Virus record (IMG/VR): IMGVR_UViG_3300025137_000018
Coordinates: 32,001-96,000 of that record
DNA: 64,000 bases
Source: a virus
Reading direction: 5' to 3' (one strand)
A program made the translations under genes and the position numbers. How positions within the stretch are numbered: the first letter of the stretch is position 1; every line of letters begins with the position of its first letter. The notes below the pieces were generated by a model, which worked only from the letters and a program-made list of their open reading frames with translations, made no database searches and was not told where the DNA came from. This document shows positions 28,757 to 38,664 of this stretch, piece by piece.

Positions 28757-28764
28757 TATAAATA
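28757..28764 (+). promoter_or_regulatory. T4-type late promoter
   Basis: TATAAATA 5 nt before ATG 28770. Confidence 0.75.
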
Positions 28765-28769
28765 ACTAT

Positions 28770-29141
28770 ATGATGAAATTATTTGATAAACTGACTAGTA
28801 GGAACTTTAAGCTATTTGCTGCTAACCATTATAATAACCCTGAATGTATTTCAGTGGAAGAATTTATAGAGGATGTAAGTAGATTTAAATACTTAAAACG
28901 ATTGTTGAAAAGGTATGAGCAATCAGGTGATTTACAGGAAAGATTAATCCTAAATCATCTGATTGTAATATACAATGTGTTTGGCATTGAAGCTGCTGAT
29001 AGAATGGTTTGGTTCAAAGTGAACGAAGCACACTATCCAGCATTGAAAACCTTTTTAGTATTTTTACATTTTATAAAAGAAAACGATAAGGTAGAAATAC
29101 CTGTGGACACTAACATAGTGGAAAGGTTAAGAAATATATGA
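28770..29141 (+). CDS. Conserved T4-like hypothetical protein
   Basis: YNNPEC...RFKYLKRLL...ERLILNHLI..YNVFG. Confidence 0.75.
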   Translation: MMKLFDKLTSRNFKLFAANHYNNPECISVEEFIEDVSRFKYLKRLLKRYEQSGDLQERLILNHLIVIYNVFGIEAADRMVWFKVNEAHYPALKTFLVFLHFIKENDKVEIPVDTNIVERLRNI

Positions 29142-29752
29142 GAACTGTATTAAATAAACGAAACGAAATAAACGAAGGTTTATTGTCTCGTGGTGCAGAT
29201 ATGGTTTATGCTATTAGATTTCTTAAACTTTTAGTAACACCATTTAAAAAGACAGAGGCTTTTAAACAAGGCCTTGTTGATGAAAATGGTTATAGAACAG
29301 AAATACCAATTGAAACTAATGACCAAAGATCGGCATTTACAATATTTCATAGATTGGTATTTAATGTTAAAAAATTAATGGCTAAGGTTCCATTTGGTAA
29401 AACCAGACTAGCATCTTATGCTGCAGCTTTATTTCTTGTTAAAGAACACACTGGAATATCAAGTGAAAGATTAAAAAGTATATTAATAGAATCTGGAGAA
29501 ACTGATTTAGATATTATTAATGAAAGTGCTTGGTTTGAAAACAATAATAAACTAAATAAAGGTACTTATACATTAGTTAATGATATTGCTTCACCAGATA
29601 CTGCTGAATTTATAGCTAGAAAAAACACAAAGGTAATAGTAACAGAAGTAACAGAACCAGCTGATACATTATTTGATATAAATATATACAAGGTTAAACA
29701 CTTAAATACCAAACAATTTGTATATATAACAAATATGGATATAAAAAGATGA
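29138..29752 (+). CDS. Conserved T4-like hypothetical protein
   Basis: RFLKLLVTPF..T.AF..G.VD..G; FHRLVFNVKK; SYAAAL. Confidence 0.75.
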   Translation: MRTVLNKRNEINEGLLSRGADMVYAIRFLKLLVTPFKKTEAFKQGLVDENGYRTEIPIETNDQRSAFTIFHRLVFNVKKLMAKVPFGKTRLASYAAALFLVKEHTGISSERLKSILIESGETDLDIINESAWFENNNKLNKGTYTLVNDIASPDTAEFIARKNTKVIVTEVTEPADTLFDINIYKVKHLNTKQFVYITNMDIKR

Positions 29753-29970
29753 AATATAAAAGTTTTAAACAATGGGAAGATGCTGCTGCTAATTCTGTAG
29801 CAAGTGGTGGAGTCGATATGGCTCCAAACGCTATGGGTAAAAAAGCACTTCTTAAAAGAAGAAAAAAATCTGAAGGTAAATACGACGGCCGTACCAAAGA
29901 AGGTAGAAAATTCGTAGAAAGAATGTTAGCAAAGAGGTTGGCCAGAGAAGCTAAAAAAATAGAGAAATAA
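29749..29970 (+). CDS. Small basic protein, candidate internal protein
   Basis: MKYKSFKQWEDAAAN; YDGRTKEGRKFVERM. Confidence 0.7.
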   Translation: MKYKSFKQWEDAAANSVASGGVDMAPNAMGKKALLKRRKKSEGKYDGRTKEGRKFVERMLAKRLAREAKKIEK

Positions 29971-29974
29971 TATT

Positions 29975-30367
29975 ATGTCGAAAATTTTGATGGGAATTAT
30001 AGGAGCTATGGGACTTATAGGGTTTATGTATTATAATTTCTCTGTAGTACCTATGAAGACTAAACTAGAAGAACAATCCAAAGTAATTATAGCACAAGAC
30101 CTAAGAGACCAAGAACAAAAGGCCACAATCGAGGCCATTCAAAATAATCTTCAAAAAACTTCACAAGAGTTAACAGGATTACAAGTTAGAAATCAAGCAT
30201 ACGAAACAGAAATGAATGAGTATATGGATATATTCAGACGTCATAATCTGTCTAAATTGGCTAGTGCCAAACCTGGTATGATTGAGAAAAGAGCAAACAC
30301 TAGAACAAAGGAGGCATTCGATGCGATTGAAGCAGATAGTCAGCGTATTAGCACTCTTAACGATTAG
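29975..30367 (+). CDS. Inner-membrane spanin (Rz-like)
   Basis: N-terminal TM, periplasmic coiled coil, AKPGMIEKR; overlapped by a lipoprotein gene. Confidence 0.75.
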   Translation: MSKILMGIIGAMGLIGFMYYNFSVVPMKTKLEEQSKVIIAQDLRDQEQKATIEAIQNNLQKTSQELTGLQVRNQAYETEMNEYMDIFRRHNLSKLASAKPGMIEKRANTRTKEAFDAIEADSQRISTLND

Positions 30368-30821
30368 TGGTTGTTCACTACTTCAACAAGCTCCAAGAGA
30401 AGTTGAAATAATAACAAAACCAGTTCAGATAGATATTGTTCAGCCAGTAATGCCTAGAGCAATAGATTTAAAAGAACCTAAATGGTATGTAGTTTCAGAT
30501 ACCAAGATAATAGAAAATTGTCTAAAAGATCCTGAAACTAAAAAATCAAACTGTAAATTAGGTAGAGAAGATTTATACCCAGAAGGATATACATACCTTG
30601 ATAAATTTATAGATGATATAAAGAAAAACCATGGCGGTGATATTGTATTTGTTGCTATGACTGTTGATGATTATGAGTTAATGTCTTATAATACTCAAGA
30701 AATTAAAAGATATATTAATCAGCTCGGCGAGGTGATAGTTTACTATAGGAATGTAACAATAAATGATGAAAATGCTGCAGCAGTTGAAATTAAACTGGAG
30801 AAAAAAAATGGCAACGACTAG
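30321..30821 (+). CDS. Outer-membrane spanin lipoprotein (Rz1-like)
   Basis: GGAGG RBS, ATG 30321, lipobox ISGC; overlaps the i-spanin 3' end. Confidence 0.75.
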   Translation: MRLKQIVSVLALLTISGCSLLQQAPREVEIITKPVQIDIVQPVMPRAIDLKEPKWYVVSDTKIIENCLKDPETKKSNCKLGREDLYPEGYTYLDKFIDDIKKNHGGDIVFVAMTVDDYELMSYNTQEIKRYINQLGEVIVYYRNVTINDENAAAVEIKLEKKNGND

Positions 30822-31569
30822 AATGAAAGAAACAATGACAGTATGGGAAAGAGCAGAGGTAGCAGCTAAGCTATCCGCAATCGCATATATGAATCCTAAA
30901 CCTGCAGAAACTGCAGCAAAAAAGCTAGGGTTTAACTCAGCAAATCTAATTAGTAGAGACGGAGCAGAAGTATTGGTATGTAAAGACCGTAATGATATGT
31001 GGTTTGCTTTTAGAGGAACAGAACCTTCAAAACTAAATGATGTATTAGCTGACCTTAAAGTAATTAAGAATACTGCTAAAGCTGGTGGTAAAGTTCACGG
31101 TGGATTCCAAGAAGAAGTAGATGACTTATGGATGGATATAGTAAAAGAACTTGATCATAATGACCAGTTAAAAGTAAGAAAAGATGTTTACTTTACTGGA
31201 CATAGCTTAGGTGCAGCCATGGCTACTATCAGTTCAACTAGGTATCAACCAGAAGAACTATTTACATTTGGTTCTCCAAGAGTTGGCGGAAAGCATTTTA
31301 TAAAGAATATCAAAGCTGATCATTATAGATTCATGAATAATAATGATATTGTATGTAGAATCCCACCAGCATGGCTAGGATTTAGACATCATGGTGAAAT
31401 GATTTATTTTGATAGATTCGGTAATAAAGCACTTAAGCCAACATGGGCTGATACGTTGTATGGTATATGGAATTCATGGAAAAGATTTAAATTCTTTGAT
31501 GGAGTTGTAGATCACGGAATGCCTAATTATGTACAAGCAATTAAAAAGCTTGCAAAAATTAAGGAATAA
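30808..31569 (+). CDS. Class 3 lipase
   Basis: AFRGT, VHGGF, FTGHSLGAA, TFGSPRVG, DIVCRIP, DH. Confidence 0.92.
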   Translation: MATTRMKETMTVWERAEVAAKLSAIAYMNPKPAETAAKKLGFNSANLISRDGAEVLVCKDRNDMWFAFRGTEPSKLNDVLADLKVIKNTAKAGGKVHGGFQEEVDDLWMDIVKELDHNDQLKVRKDVYFTGHSLGAAMATISSTRYQPEELFTFGSPRVGGKHFIKNIKADHYRFMNNNDIVCRIPPAWLGFRHHGEMIYFDRFGNKALKPTWADTLYGIWNSWKRFKFFDGVVDHGMPNYVQAIKKLAKIKE

Positions 31570-31571
31570 TC

Positions 31572-31898
31572 ATGAACTGGCTTATCATACTCACACTTAA
31601 ATCAATTTTATCTTCAATCATTGGTAGTTCATTTTACAAATGGTTTGAAGGTACTACTGTAGGTATCTGGTTTCAAAAGAAAGTAGATACGTTTATGCAA
31701 TATCTTGCTGTAAAGTATGATATAGAATTAGCTAAGAAAGATGCTAAATTTAGAAAACAATATCCACTTGTAGCCGAAAGACTTGATTATGTAGAAAGTA
31801 TCGCACATTGTAAATGCGGTATTGAAGAGTTCGACGGCTATAAACCTCTTATATCTCGAATTGAAGAAATTGAAAGAAGACTCAAAATAAAAAAATAA
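31572..31898 (+). CDS. Hypothetical protein
   Basis: AGGA RBS; hydrophobic N-terminus. Confidence 0.65.
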   Translation: MNWLIILTLKSILSSIIGSSFYKWFEGTTVGIWFQKKVDTFMQYLAVKYDIELAKKDAKFRKQYPLVAERLDYVESIAHCKCGIEEFDGYKPLISRIEEIERRLKIKK

Positions 31899-31908
31899 CA
31901 CAAACTGG

Positions 31909-31937
31909 TGTACATTTGTTGAGTTCTATGGTATAAT
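31909..31937 (+). promoter_or_regulatory. Sigma70-type promoter for nrdAB
   Basis: TGTACA-N17-TATAAT. Confidence 0.85.
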
Positions 31938-31979
31938 AGATATATTAAATGAAACACAATATGAACAGGGATAAACATT

Positions 31980-34286
31980 ATGGGCATAAATGTCACTAAG
32001 AGGGACGGCACTCTCCAAAGCTTCGATTTAGAAAAAGTACATAAGGTACTCGAATGGGCCGTAGAAGATATATCAGGTGTATCTCAATCAGAGATAGAAC
32101 TAAAATCAAATATTCAATTATACGATAAAATACCCGCTTATGATATACACGAATTACTTATCAAAAGTGCATCTGAATTAATATCTGAGCATACACCAAA
32201 CTATCAATACGTAGCGGCTCGATTAATCAATTATAAATTACGAAAAGAAGTTTATGGCGAATATAAACCATGGTCTCTTGCTCATCTTATTATTGAAAAT
32301 GTCTCACGTGGGGTATACGATGGCGATATTATGAAAAGCTACACTCGCGAAGAGATAGATCAATTAGATACATATATAAAGCATGACAGAGATGATCTAT
32401 TCACGTATGCTGGAATGGAACAGTTCCGTGGTAAATACCTAGTACAAGATAGAAAAGAAAAAATCCATTATGAAACACCACAGATGCTTTACATGATGGT
32501 TGCGGCAACTCTATTTTCAAATTATGCAAAAGAAACTCGAATGAAATTTGTAAAGGATTATTATGATGCAATTTCCCAATTTTATATATCACTCCCTACT
32601 CCAATTATGGCAGGAGTGCGTACACCAACCCGTCAGTTTTCAAGCTGTGTGCTTATCGAATCTGGCGATTCTCTTGACAGCATTAACGCTACTGCCACCT
32701 CTATCGTAAAATACATTAGTAAGAAAGCAGGTATTGGTATTGGTGCTGGTTCTATTAGAGCCAATGGTGCTAAAGTCGGTGATGGTTCAGTTGTTCATAC
32801 TGGATTAATTCCATTTTTAAAATATTTTCAAGCTGCGGTAAAATCATGTTCACAAGGTGGTGTTCGTGGTGGTGCAGCAACTGTATATCTACCACTATGG
32901 CATTATGAATTTGAAGACTTAGTAGTACTTAAAAACAATAAAGGAACTGATGAAACTCGTGTACGACACATGGATTACGCGTTCCAATTAAATAAGTTAA
33001 TGTACGAAAGACTATTAACAGGTGGTAATATAACCTTCTTTGATCCTAATGATGTGCCAGGGTTGTATGAATCGTTCTTTGATGACCAAGACAAATTTAA
33101 AGAGTTATATGAAAAATACGAAAGAGCTTATTCTGTGCGTAAAAAATCTTTACCAGCACTTGAAGTATTTCAGCAGTTATTAACTGAAAGAAAAGATACT
33201 GGTAGAATTTATATAATGAATGTCGACCATGCAAATGAACATGGAGCATTTAAACCAGATAGAGCACCAATTAGAATGAGTAATCTGTGTTGTGAAATTG
33301 ATTTACCTACAAAGCCATTACAATCATACAATGACGATGAAGGGGAAATTTCACTATGTACGTTATCCGCAATTAATTGGGGTTTAATTAACCATCCTGG
33401 AGAATTTAAAAAGTACTGTGAGTTAGCAGTAAGAGGTTTAGATGAATTATTGGATTATCAGGCATATCCAATTCCAGCTGCAGAAAAATCTACAATGGCT
33501 CGTAGACCATTAGGTATTGGTATTATTAACCTAGCTTATTTCTTAGCAAAAAGAGGATTAAAATACGATGAGTCAGCATTTAAAATTGTAGATGAATACG
33601 CAGAATCTTGGTCATATTATCTTATAAGAGCTTCATCAAAATTAGCTAGAGAAAAAGGTAAAATATCTGCAATTGATGACACAAAATACGGCTCTGGAGT
33701 ACTTCCAATTGATACATATAAAGGTGCAGTAGATAATTTAATAGAGCATAAAGAACGCGTACCTTGGAAACAATTAAGAACTCACTTAAAAGAACACGGT
33801 ATTAGAAACAGCACTTTAATGGCATTAATGCCAGCTGAAACATCTGCACAAATTAGTAATAGCACTAATGGTATTGAACCACCTAGAGCACTTGTATCTT
33901 ATAAACAATCTAAGGACGGTGTATTAGCTCAGGTTGTTCCAGGATACCATCATTTAAAAAATAAATATGATTTATTGTGGGATCAAGAAGGAACTGATGG
34001 ATATCTCAAGATATGTGCTATCCTTCAAAAGTATATTGATCAGGGTATTAGTGTTAATACTTCTTACAATCCAGAAAAGTTTGAAGACAATAAAATTCCT
34101 ATGTCGTTAATGATACAGGATCTTGTTAATGCGTACAAATTTGGATTAAAACAACTCTACTATTTTAACACTCATGATGGTGCAGGAGAAATGAAAGACG
34201 ATGACCATCATACATACGATAGTGGAACAACTGAAACCCAGTCAGTAATTATTGACGATGACGATTGCGAAAGCTGTAAAATTTAA
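31980..34286 (+). CDS. nrdA: Class Ia ribonucleotide reductase alpha subunit
   Basis: ATP cone VTKRDG, SSCVL, SNLCCEI, LYY, C-terminal CESC. Confidence 0.98.
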   Translation: MGINVTKRDGTLQSFDLEKVHKVLEWAVEDISGVSQSEIELKSNIQLYDKIPAYDIHELLIKSASELISEHTPNYQYVAARLINYKLRKEVYGEYKPWSLAHLIIENVSRGVYDGDIMKSYTREEIDQLDTYIKHDRDDLFTYAGMEQFRGKYLVQDRKEKIHYETPQMLYMMVAATLFSNYAKETRMKFVKDYYDAISQFYISLPTPIMAGVRTPTRQFSSCVLIESGDSLDSINATATSIVKYISKKAGIGIGAGSIRANGAKVGDGSVVHTGLIPFLKYFQAAVKSCSQGGVRGGAATVYLPLWHYEFEDLVVLKNNKGTDETRVRHMDYAFQLNKLMYERLLTGGNITFFDPNDVPGLYESFFDDQDKFKELYEKYERAYSVRKKSLPALEVFQQLLTERKDTGRIYIMNVDHANEHGAFKPDRAPIRMSNLCCEIDLPTKPLQSYNDDEGEISLCTLSAINWGLINHPGEFKKYCELAVRGLDELLDYQAYPIPAAEKSTMARRPLGIGIINLAYFLAKRGLKYDESAFKIVDEYAESWSYYLIRASSKLAREKGKISAIDDTKYGSGVLPIDTYKGAVDNLIEHKERVPWKQLRTHLKEHGIRNSTLMALMPAETSAQISNSTNGIEPPRALVSYKQSKDGVLAQVVPGYHHLKNKYDLLWDQEGTDGYLKICAILQKYIDQGISVNTSYNPEKFEDNKIPMSLMIQDLVNAYKFGLKQLYYFNTHDGAGEMKDDDHHTYDSGTTETQSVIIDDDDCESCKI

Positions 34287-34298
34287 AGGATATATAAA

Positions 34299-35372
34299 AT
34301 GGCAATATTGAAGAAAAATAAAAAATCACATCTAGCAAAGAACATGTTTTTAGATGAAGCAGTAGATATACAAAGGTTTGATACTTTAAAATACCCACAA
34401 ATAGATAAAATTACAGAAAAACAGCTTGGATTCTTTTGGAGGCCTGAAGAGGTAGATATTTCAAAAGATAAAAAAGATTTTGAAGGATTAACCGAACACG
34501 AAAAGCATATTTTTACAAGTAATCTTAAAAGACAAATTCTTTTAGATTCTGTTCAAGGTAGAGCACCAAACCTAGCATTTCTACCAATTGCAAGTTTACC
34601 AGAAATTGAAAACTGGATTGAAACTTGGAGCTTCTTTGAAACAATACACAGTAGATCATATACACATATTATTAGAAATATTTATCCAGATCCTTCAATA
34701 GTGTTTGATGGCATGCTTAATGTAAAAGAAATATTAGATTGTGGTAATGATATTGCAAAATATTACGATGACTTAATTACATGCAATCACGGACCAACAA
34801 ATAAGATGGATCATAAAAGAGCATTATATATGTGCTTAATGTCAGCTAATGCATTAGAAGGTATTAGGTTTTATGTGTCATTTGCATGTTCTTGGGCATT
34901 TGCTGAACTTAAAAAAATGGAAGGTAATGCAAAGATTATTAAGTTTATTGCTAGAGATGAAAATACACATTTAGCAGGTACAACGGTTTTAATTAAAAAT
35001 CTATTAAAAGAAGATAAAGATTATATTAAAATTGCTAAGGAAATGGAAGACGAAGTAGTAAAATTATTTACTAAAGTTATAGAACAAGAAAAAGAATGGG
35101 CACATTATTTATTTAAAGATGGCTCTATGATTGGACTTAACGAAAATATTTTAGGTAGCTATATTGAATGGATTGGTTGTAAGAGAATGAGAGCATTAAG
35201 TTTAACATGCCCTTACACTGTTCCTAAAATAAACCCATTGCCATGGACTGAAAAATGGATTGGTGGTGGTAATGTGCAAGTAGCTCCACAAGAAACTGAA
35301 ATTAGTTCATATGTTACAGGTGGTGTTAAACAAGACGTTGACCAAAAGTCATTATCAGGATTAAGTTTATAG
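34299..35372 (+). CDS. nrdB: Class Ia ribonucleotide reductase beta subunit
   Basis: FFWRPEE, ETIHSRSY, EGIRFY, RDENTH, APQETEISSY. Confidence 0.98.
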   Translation: MAILKKNKKSHLAKNMFLDEAVDIQRFDTLKYPQIDKITEKQLGFFWRPEEVDISKDKKDFEGLTEHEKHIFTSNLKRQILLDSVQGRAPNLAFLPIASLPEIENWIETWSFFETIHSRSYTHIIRNIYPDPSIVFDGMLNVKEILDCGNDIAKYYDDLITCNHGPTNKMDHKRALYMCLMSANALEGIRFYVSFACSWAFAELKKMEGNAKIIKFIARDENTHLAGTTVLIKNLLKEDKDYIKIAKEMEDEVVKLFTKVIEQEKEWAHYLFKDGSMIGLNENILGSYIEWIGCKRMRALSLTCPYTVPKINPLPWTEKWIGGGNVQVAPQETEISSYVTGGVKQDVDQKSLSGLSL

Positions 35373-35554
35373 TGAATAACGAAGTACGGTGGTTTAAAAT
35401 AATTAAACATGCACTCGGGTCCTTTGGTAAGGACGATGGGTACGACAGTGATAACGAAGTTCTTATTACATATGTTCGTATGTCTATAGTAGGTTCTAAT
35501 CTACTATGTGTATGGATAATCATTATAAACATTATTTTAGGATGGATACAGTGA
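35372..35554 (+). CDS. Small membrane protein
   Basis: WFKIIKHALGSF..D, C-terminal TM; similar to the 42543 ORF. Confidence 0.5.
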   Translation: MNNEVRWFKIIKHALGSFGKDDGYDSDNEVLITYVRMSIVGSNLLCVWIIIINIILGWIQ

Positions 35555-35730
35555 AACCTGAGAAAGTTTTACAGGTAGTAAACTTAGCCCCAAGTGAAGC
35601 TTGGGTAGAAAAAATAACAGAAATACATCCAATGCGTCAGATATTTTGGGCAACAGTAATTCAAGCATGTGTGTTTGGGTTTATGTTACTAGCGTTTTGG
35701 ATAATTAACGGAGCAGTAAATTGGTTATAG
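35551..35730 (+). CDS. Small membrane protein
   Basis: GTG start at 35551; VVNLAPSE..HPMRQ then TM. Confidence 0.55.
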   Translation: MKPEKVLQVVNLAPSEAWVEKITEIHPMRQIFWATVIQACVFGFMLLAFWIINGAVNWL

Positions 35731-35954
35731 AAATTTATAGTAAAACACAATGTCCATTTTGCGACATGGCAGTACGTAAAGCTGAAGCTATGGTACAAGA
35801 GTCAACCAACATTACATATGTAAAATATATGTTAAATGATGATTTCACACGAGAAGAGCTATTTGAGAAGTTTCCAACAGCAAGAACGTTTCCTCAAATA
35901 ACAATCGATGGTGAATCAATCGGAGGCTGGGACCAATTTAAGGATATAGTCTAA
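35721..35954 (+). CDS. nrdC: Glutaredoxin
   Basis: CPFC, RTFPQI, IGG. Confidence 0.93.
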   Translation: MVIEIYSKTQCPFCDMAVRKAEAMVQESTNITYVKYMLNDDFTREELFEKFPTARTFPQITIDGESIGGWDQFKDIV

Positions 35955-36124
35955 TGTCAACTACAATAATAGAATGCAATGTGTGTTTTCATGCTTCTGA
36001 AATTTATTACGAAATTGATGAAGACGATAACCCAGATCTACTTCCAAAACATTGTCCATTTTGTGGTTATAAAGAACCAGAAGAAAATTTTGATGAAGAT
36101 TGGGAAGATATAGACGATACATAA
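35954..36124 (+). CDS. Small acidic zinc-ribbon protein, 56 aa (not in ORF track)
   Basis: CNVC...HCPFCG with acidic tail; TAATG coupling. Confidence 0.7.
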   Translation: MSTTIIECNVCFHASEIYYEIDEDDNPDLLPKHCPFCGYKEPEENFDEDWEDIDDT

Positions 36125-36132
36125 ATATAATT

Positions 36133-36555
36133 ATGGAATGGTTATATAAAGGTAGAGTGTTTGTCCCACCAGAGAATTTTAGTAGTGATGATTACTATGG
36201 CTTTGTTTACGAAATAACAAATCGTTGCAATGGTAAAAAGTATATAGGAAAGAAATTTTTCTGGAGCCAAAAAACATTGGCTAAAACAAAGACTAGAAAA
36301 CGTAGAAAAAAAATATTAATAGAATCTGATTGGAGAAATTATTTTGGATCAAATAAAATTTTATCTGAAGAAGTTAAAACTCAAGGCGAAAGTATTTTCC
36401 ATAGAAATATTTTGCATTTATGTAACACTAAAGGTGAATGTGCTTACCTGGAGGCTAAAGAGCAATTCGATAAAGAAGTATTAATGTCAGATAAATATTA
36501 TAACGGTATTATCAATGTTAGACTTGGCGGAAATGCAGTAAAAGGGCTAAAATAA
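36133..36555 (+). CDS. GIY-YIG endonuclease
   Basis: GFVY..KKYIGKK, YFGS, E, YYN; CATAAATA 5 nt upstream. Confidence 0.8.
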   Translation: MEWLYKGRVFVPPENFSSDDYYGFVYEITNRCNGKKYIGKKFFWSQKTLAKTKTRKRRKKILIESDWRNYFGSNKILSEEVKTQGESIFHRNILHLCNTKGECAYLEAKEQFDKEVLMSDKYYNGIINVRLGGNAVKGLK

Positions 36556-36558
36556 CAC

Positions 36559-36587
36559 TGTACAATCAATGGAATATATGGTATAAT
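36559..36587 (+). promoter_or_regulatory. Sigma70-type promoter
   Basis: TGTACA-N17-TATAAT, 6 nt before ATG 36594. Confidence 0.8.
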
Positions 36588-36593
36588 AACACT

Positions 36594-36992
36594 ATGAAAG
36601 CAGAAAAAAGTAATGTAATTCAGTTTCCTACAGAACGTAGATTAGCTGAAGTAGAGGAAGAACGAATGGATATCATGCTTCAAAACGAAGATGATGCTAT
36701 CAATGTTGCTCATTACATAATGGATTTAATACAATCAGCATTAGATGAATTATCAGTAGAATATCCAGATCTTAATATTGACATGTCAGATAATGAAGAT
36801 GTTAACTATAAAGATTTTATGGTTATTCTAAATATGCTTGTTAGTTTATTTTTCAGAAGAGCTGGAATGGATCATATCTTACATGAAGATTTAGAAAATT
36901 CATATGCAAAATTAGCCGCTTTAGTTGCTTTCAGACTAGAAGATTACCAATTAACAGTAGAGGACGTTGAAGACGAAGATGATATTACTTGA
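36594..36992 (+). CDS. Acidic hypothetical protein
   Basis: NVIQFP N-terminal motif; directly downstream of promoter. Confidence 0.65.
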   Translation: MKAEKSNVIQFPTERRLAEVEEERMDIMLQNEDDAINVAHYIMDLIQSALDELSVEYPDLNIDMSDNEDVNYKDFMVILNMLVSLFFRRAGMDHILHEDLENSYAKLAALVAFRLEDYQLTVEDVEDEDDIT

Positions 36993-37839
36993 TTATAGCC
37001 AAATCGCACTATCAAATATTATAGTGCAAAAACTAAATGATGAAAAAATGATTAGACACATGATACTAAACAGTATCAGAATGTATAATAAAAAATACCG
37101 AAATGAGTATGGCCAAATGGTTATATGTGCTGACGGTATGAATACTTGGAGAAAAGAATTTTTTCCAGAATACAAAGCTCATAGAAAAAAGAAGAGAGCA
37201 GAAACCGATTCAACTATGGATTGGACCGAAGTATTTAGAATTTTAAATTTGGTTAGAGAAGAACTTAAAGATAATTTTCCATATAAAGTAGTACATATGG
37301 AAGGTGCAGAGGCTGATGATATTATTGGTGCTCTAGTACAAAATACTCAAGAGTTTGGCAATCATGAACCAGTAATGATTATATCTTCTGATAAAGATTT
37401 TATACAATTACACAAATATTCAAATGTAAAACAGTTTTCACCAATTCAAAAGAAAGCTGTTTCAGATAAAAATCCTAGGACATATTGTTTTGAACATATA
37501 TGTCGTGGCGACAAGGGAGATGGTATACCAAATATACTATCACCTGATAACTCTTTTGTTGATGAAATAAGGCAATCGCCAATGACACAAAAGAAAATAG
37601 CTTATTGGTTAGAAAACTCCGATAAGCTACAAGAAGTGATGACAACTGAGGAATTCAGAAATTACCAAAGGAATAAAAAACTTATTGATTTGGAAGAAAT
37701 CCCGTTTGATCTATCTCAAACTATTATAAATAATTTTGTAGAGCAAAAGCCAGCTATGCGAATGAAAGTTTTAAACTATCTAATTAAAAACAGATTAAAG
37801 AATCTGGTTGAATGTGCGGAGGAATTTTACAATGGCTAA
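36979..37839 (+). CDS. rnh: T4 RNase H (5'-3' exonuclease)
   Basis: MILLD, YKAHR, EADD, SSDKDF, GDKGDGIPN. Confidence 0.95.
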   Translation: MILLDYSQIALSNIIVQKLNDEKMIRHMILNSIRMYNKKYRNEYGQMVICADGMNTWRKEFFPEYKAHRKKKRAETDSTMDWTEVFRILNLVREELKDNFPYKVVHMEGAEADDIIGALVQNTQEFGNHEPVMIISSDKDFIQLHKYSNVKQFSPIQKKAVSDKNPRTYCFEHICRGDKGDGIPNILSPDNSFVDEIRQSPMTQKKIAYWLENSDKLQEVMTTEEFRNYQRNKKLIDLEEIPFDLSQTIINNFVEQKPAMRMKVLNYLIKNRLKNLVECAEEFYNG

Positions 37840-38305
37840 TTTATTAATCTCTGAGGTATTAACTAATACCGGTAAAAAAAGAGGAAAAGCTGAGAAGCAA
37901 AAATATCTAAAAGACAACTATTCGGTTGCCTTAATTACAGTACTAAAAGGAGCTTGGGATCCCATTGTAGAATGGAATCTTCCTAAAGGCGTGCCACCTT
38001 ACGTAAAGGACGATGCACCTATAGGACATAGCCCTAGTAGTATACATTTAGAGCAGAAAAGATTACCTTACCTTGTTAAAGGTCATCCTTTAGCAAAAGG
38101 ATTATCACAGAGTAAGGTAGAAACAATGTTTATTAGCATGTTAGAATCAGTACATCCTGACGAAGCTGATATTCTTATTGCAATGAAGGACAAGGCATTT
38201 ACTAGTAAGTTCGGTGGTGTTACTAAAAAAATGGTAGCAGAAGTATGGCCTGACCTATTCAGTGATATGGTGTTAGATGACGCTATTGTTGATAAAGCAA
38301 TCTAA
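37832..38305 (+). CDS. Conserved T4-like hypothetical protein
   Basis: LPKGVPPY, ETMFISMLESVHPDEA; GGAGG RBS. Confidence 0.75.
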   Translation: MANLLISEVLTNTGKKRGKAEKQKYLKDNYSVALITVLKGAWDPIVEWNLPKGVPPYVKDDAPIGHSPSSIHLEQKRLPYLVKGHPLAKGLSQSKVETMFISMLESVHPDEADILIAMKDKAFTSKFGGVTKKMVAEVWPDLFSDMVLDDAIVDKAI

Positions 38306-38382
38306 TTAAAATTAACTTAACAGGAGAACCCAATACCTATATTATGTTTTTTTAAATTTTAACTAACCAACAAGGAGAATCC

Positions 38383-38547
38383 ATGCACGGTATTCATCGA
38401 TTGAGGCGAGATATTATTGAAACTAAACATTATAGAATGAGATTAATTAAAAAAGGCAAAGAAGTTCTGGCATATAAAATGGCTAAAAAAGTATTATATA
38501 TGGAAAAGAATCTTCAAGATCTTGAACGGGTATATATGGGGAGGTAA
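38383..38547 (+). CDS. Small basic protein, 54 aa (not in ORF track)
   Basis: AAGGAG RBS; MHGIHRLRRDIIETKHY... Confidence 0.6.
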   Translation: MHGIHRLRRDIIETKHYRMRLIKKGKEVLAYKMAKKVLYMEKNLQDLERVYMGR

Positions 38548-38554
38548 ACCATTG

Positions 38555-38583
38555 GGTTAACCTCAGACGTGGGGTTAACTTTT
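38555..38583 (+). terminator. Intrinsic terminator
   Basis: GTTAACCTCA-gacg-TGGGGTTAAC then TTTT. Confidence 0.75.
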
Positions 38584-38604
38584 ACTAAAACATGCAAATA
38601 CATG

Positions 38605-38633
38605 TGTACATTATGTCTAAAATATGGTATAAT
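38605..38633 (+). promoter_or_regulatory. Sigma70-type promoter
   Basis: TGTACA-N17-TATAAT. Confidence 0.85.
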
Positions 38634-38664
38634 AGCATATATAAACTAATAAAAGAAGTATATT

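Noticed and set aside
3420-35372. Introns or inteins in gp43, gp41, nrdA or nrdB
   Set aside because: All are continuous ORFs of normal length with contiguous motifs
36133-36555. GIY-YIG protein as a mobile homing endonuclease
   Set aside because: Single short catalytic domain with no C-terminal DNA-binding repeats and not inside an intron; more like a resident nuclease
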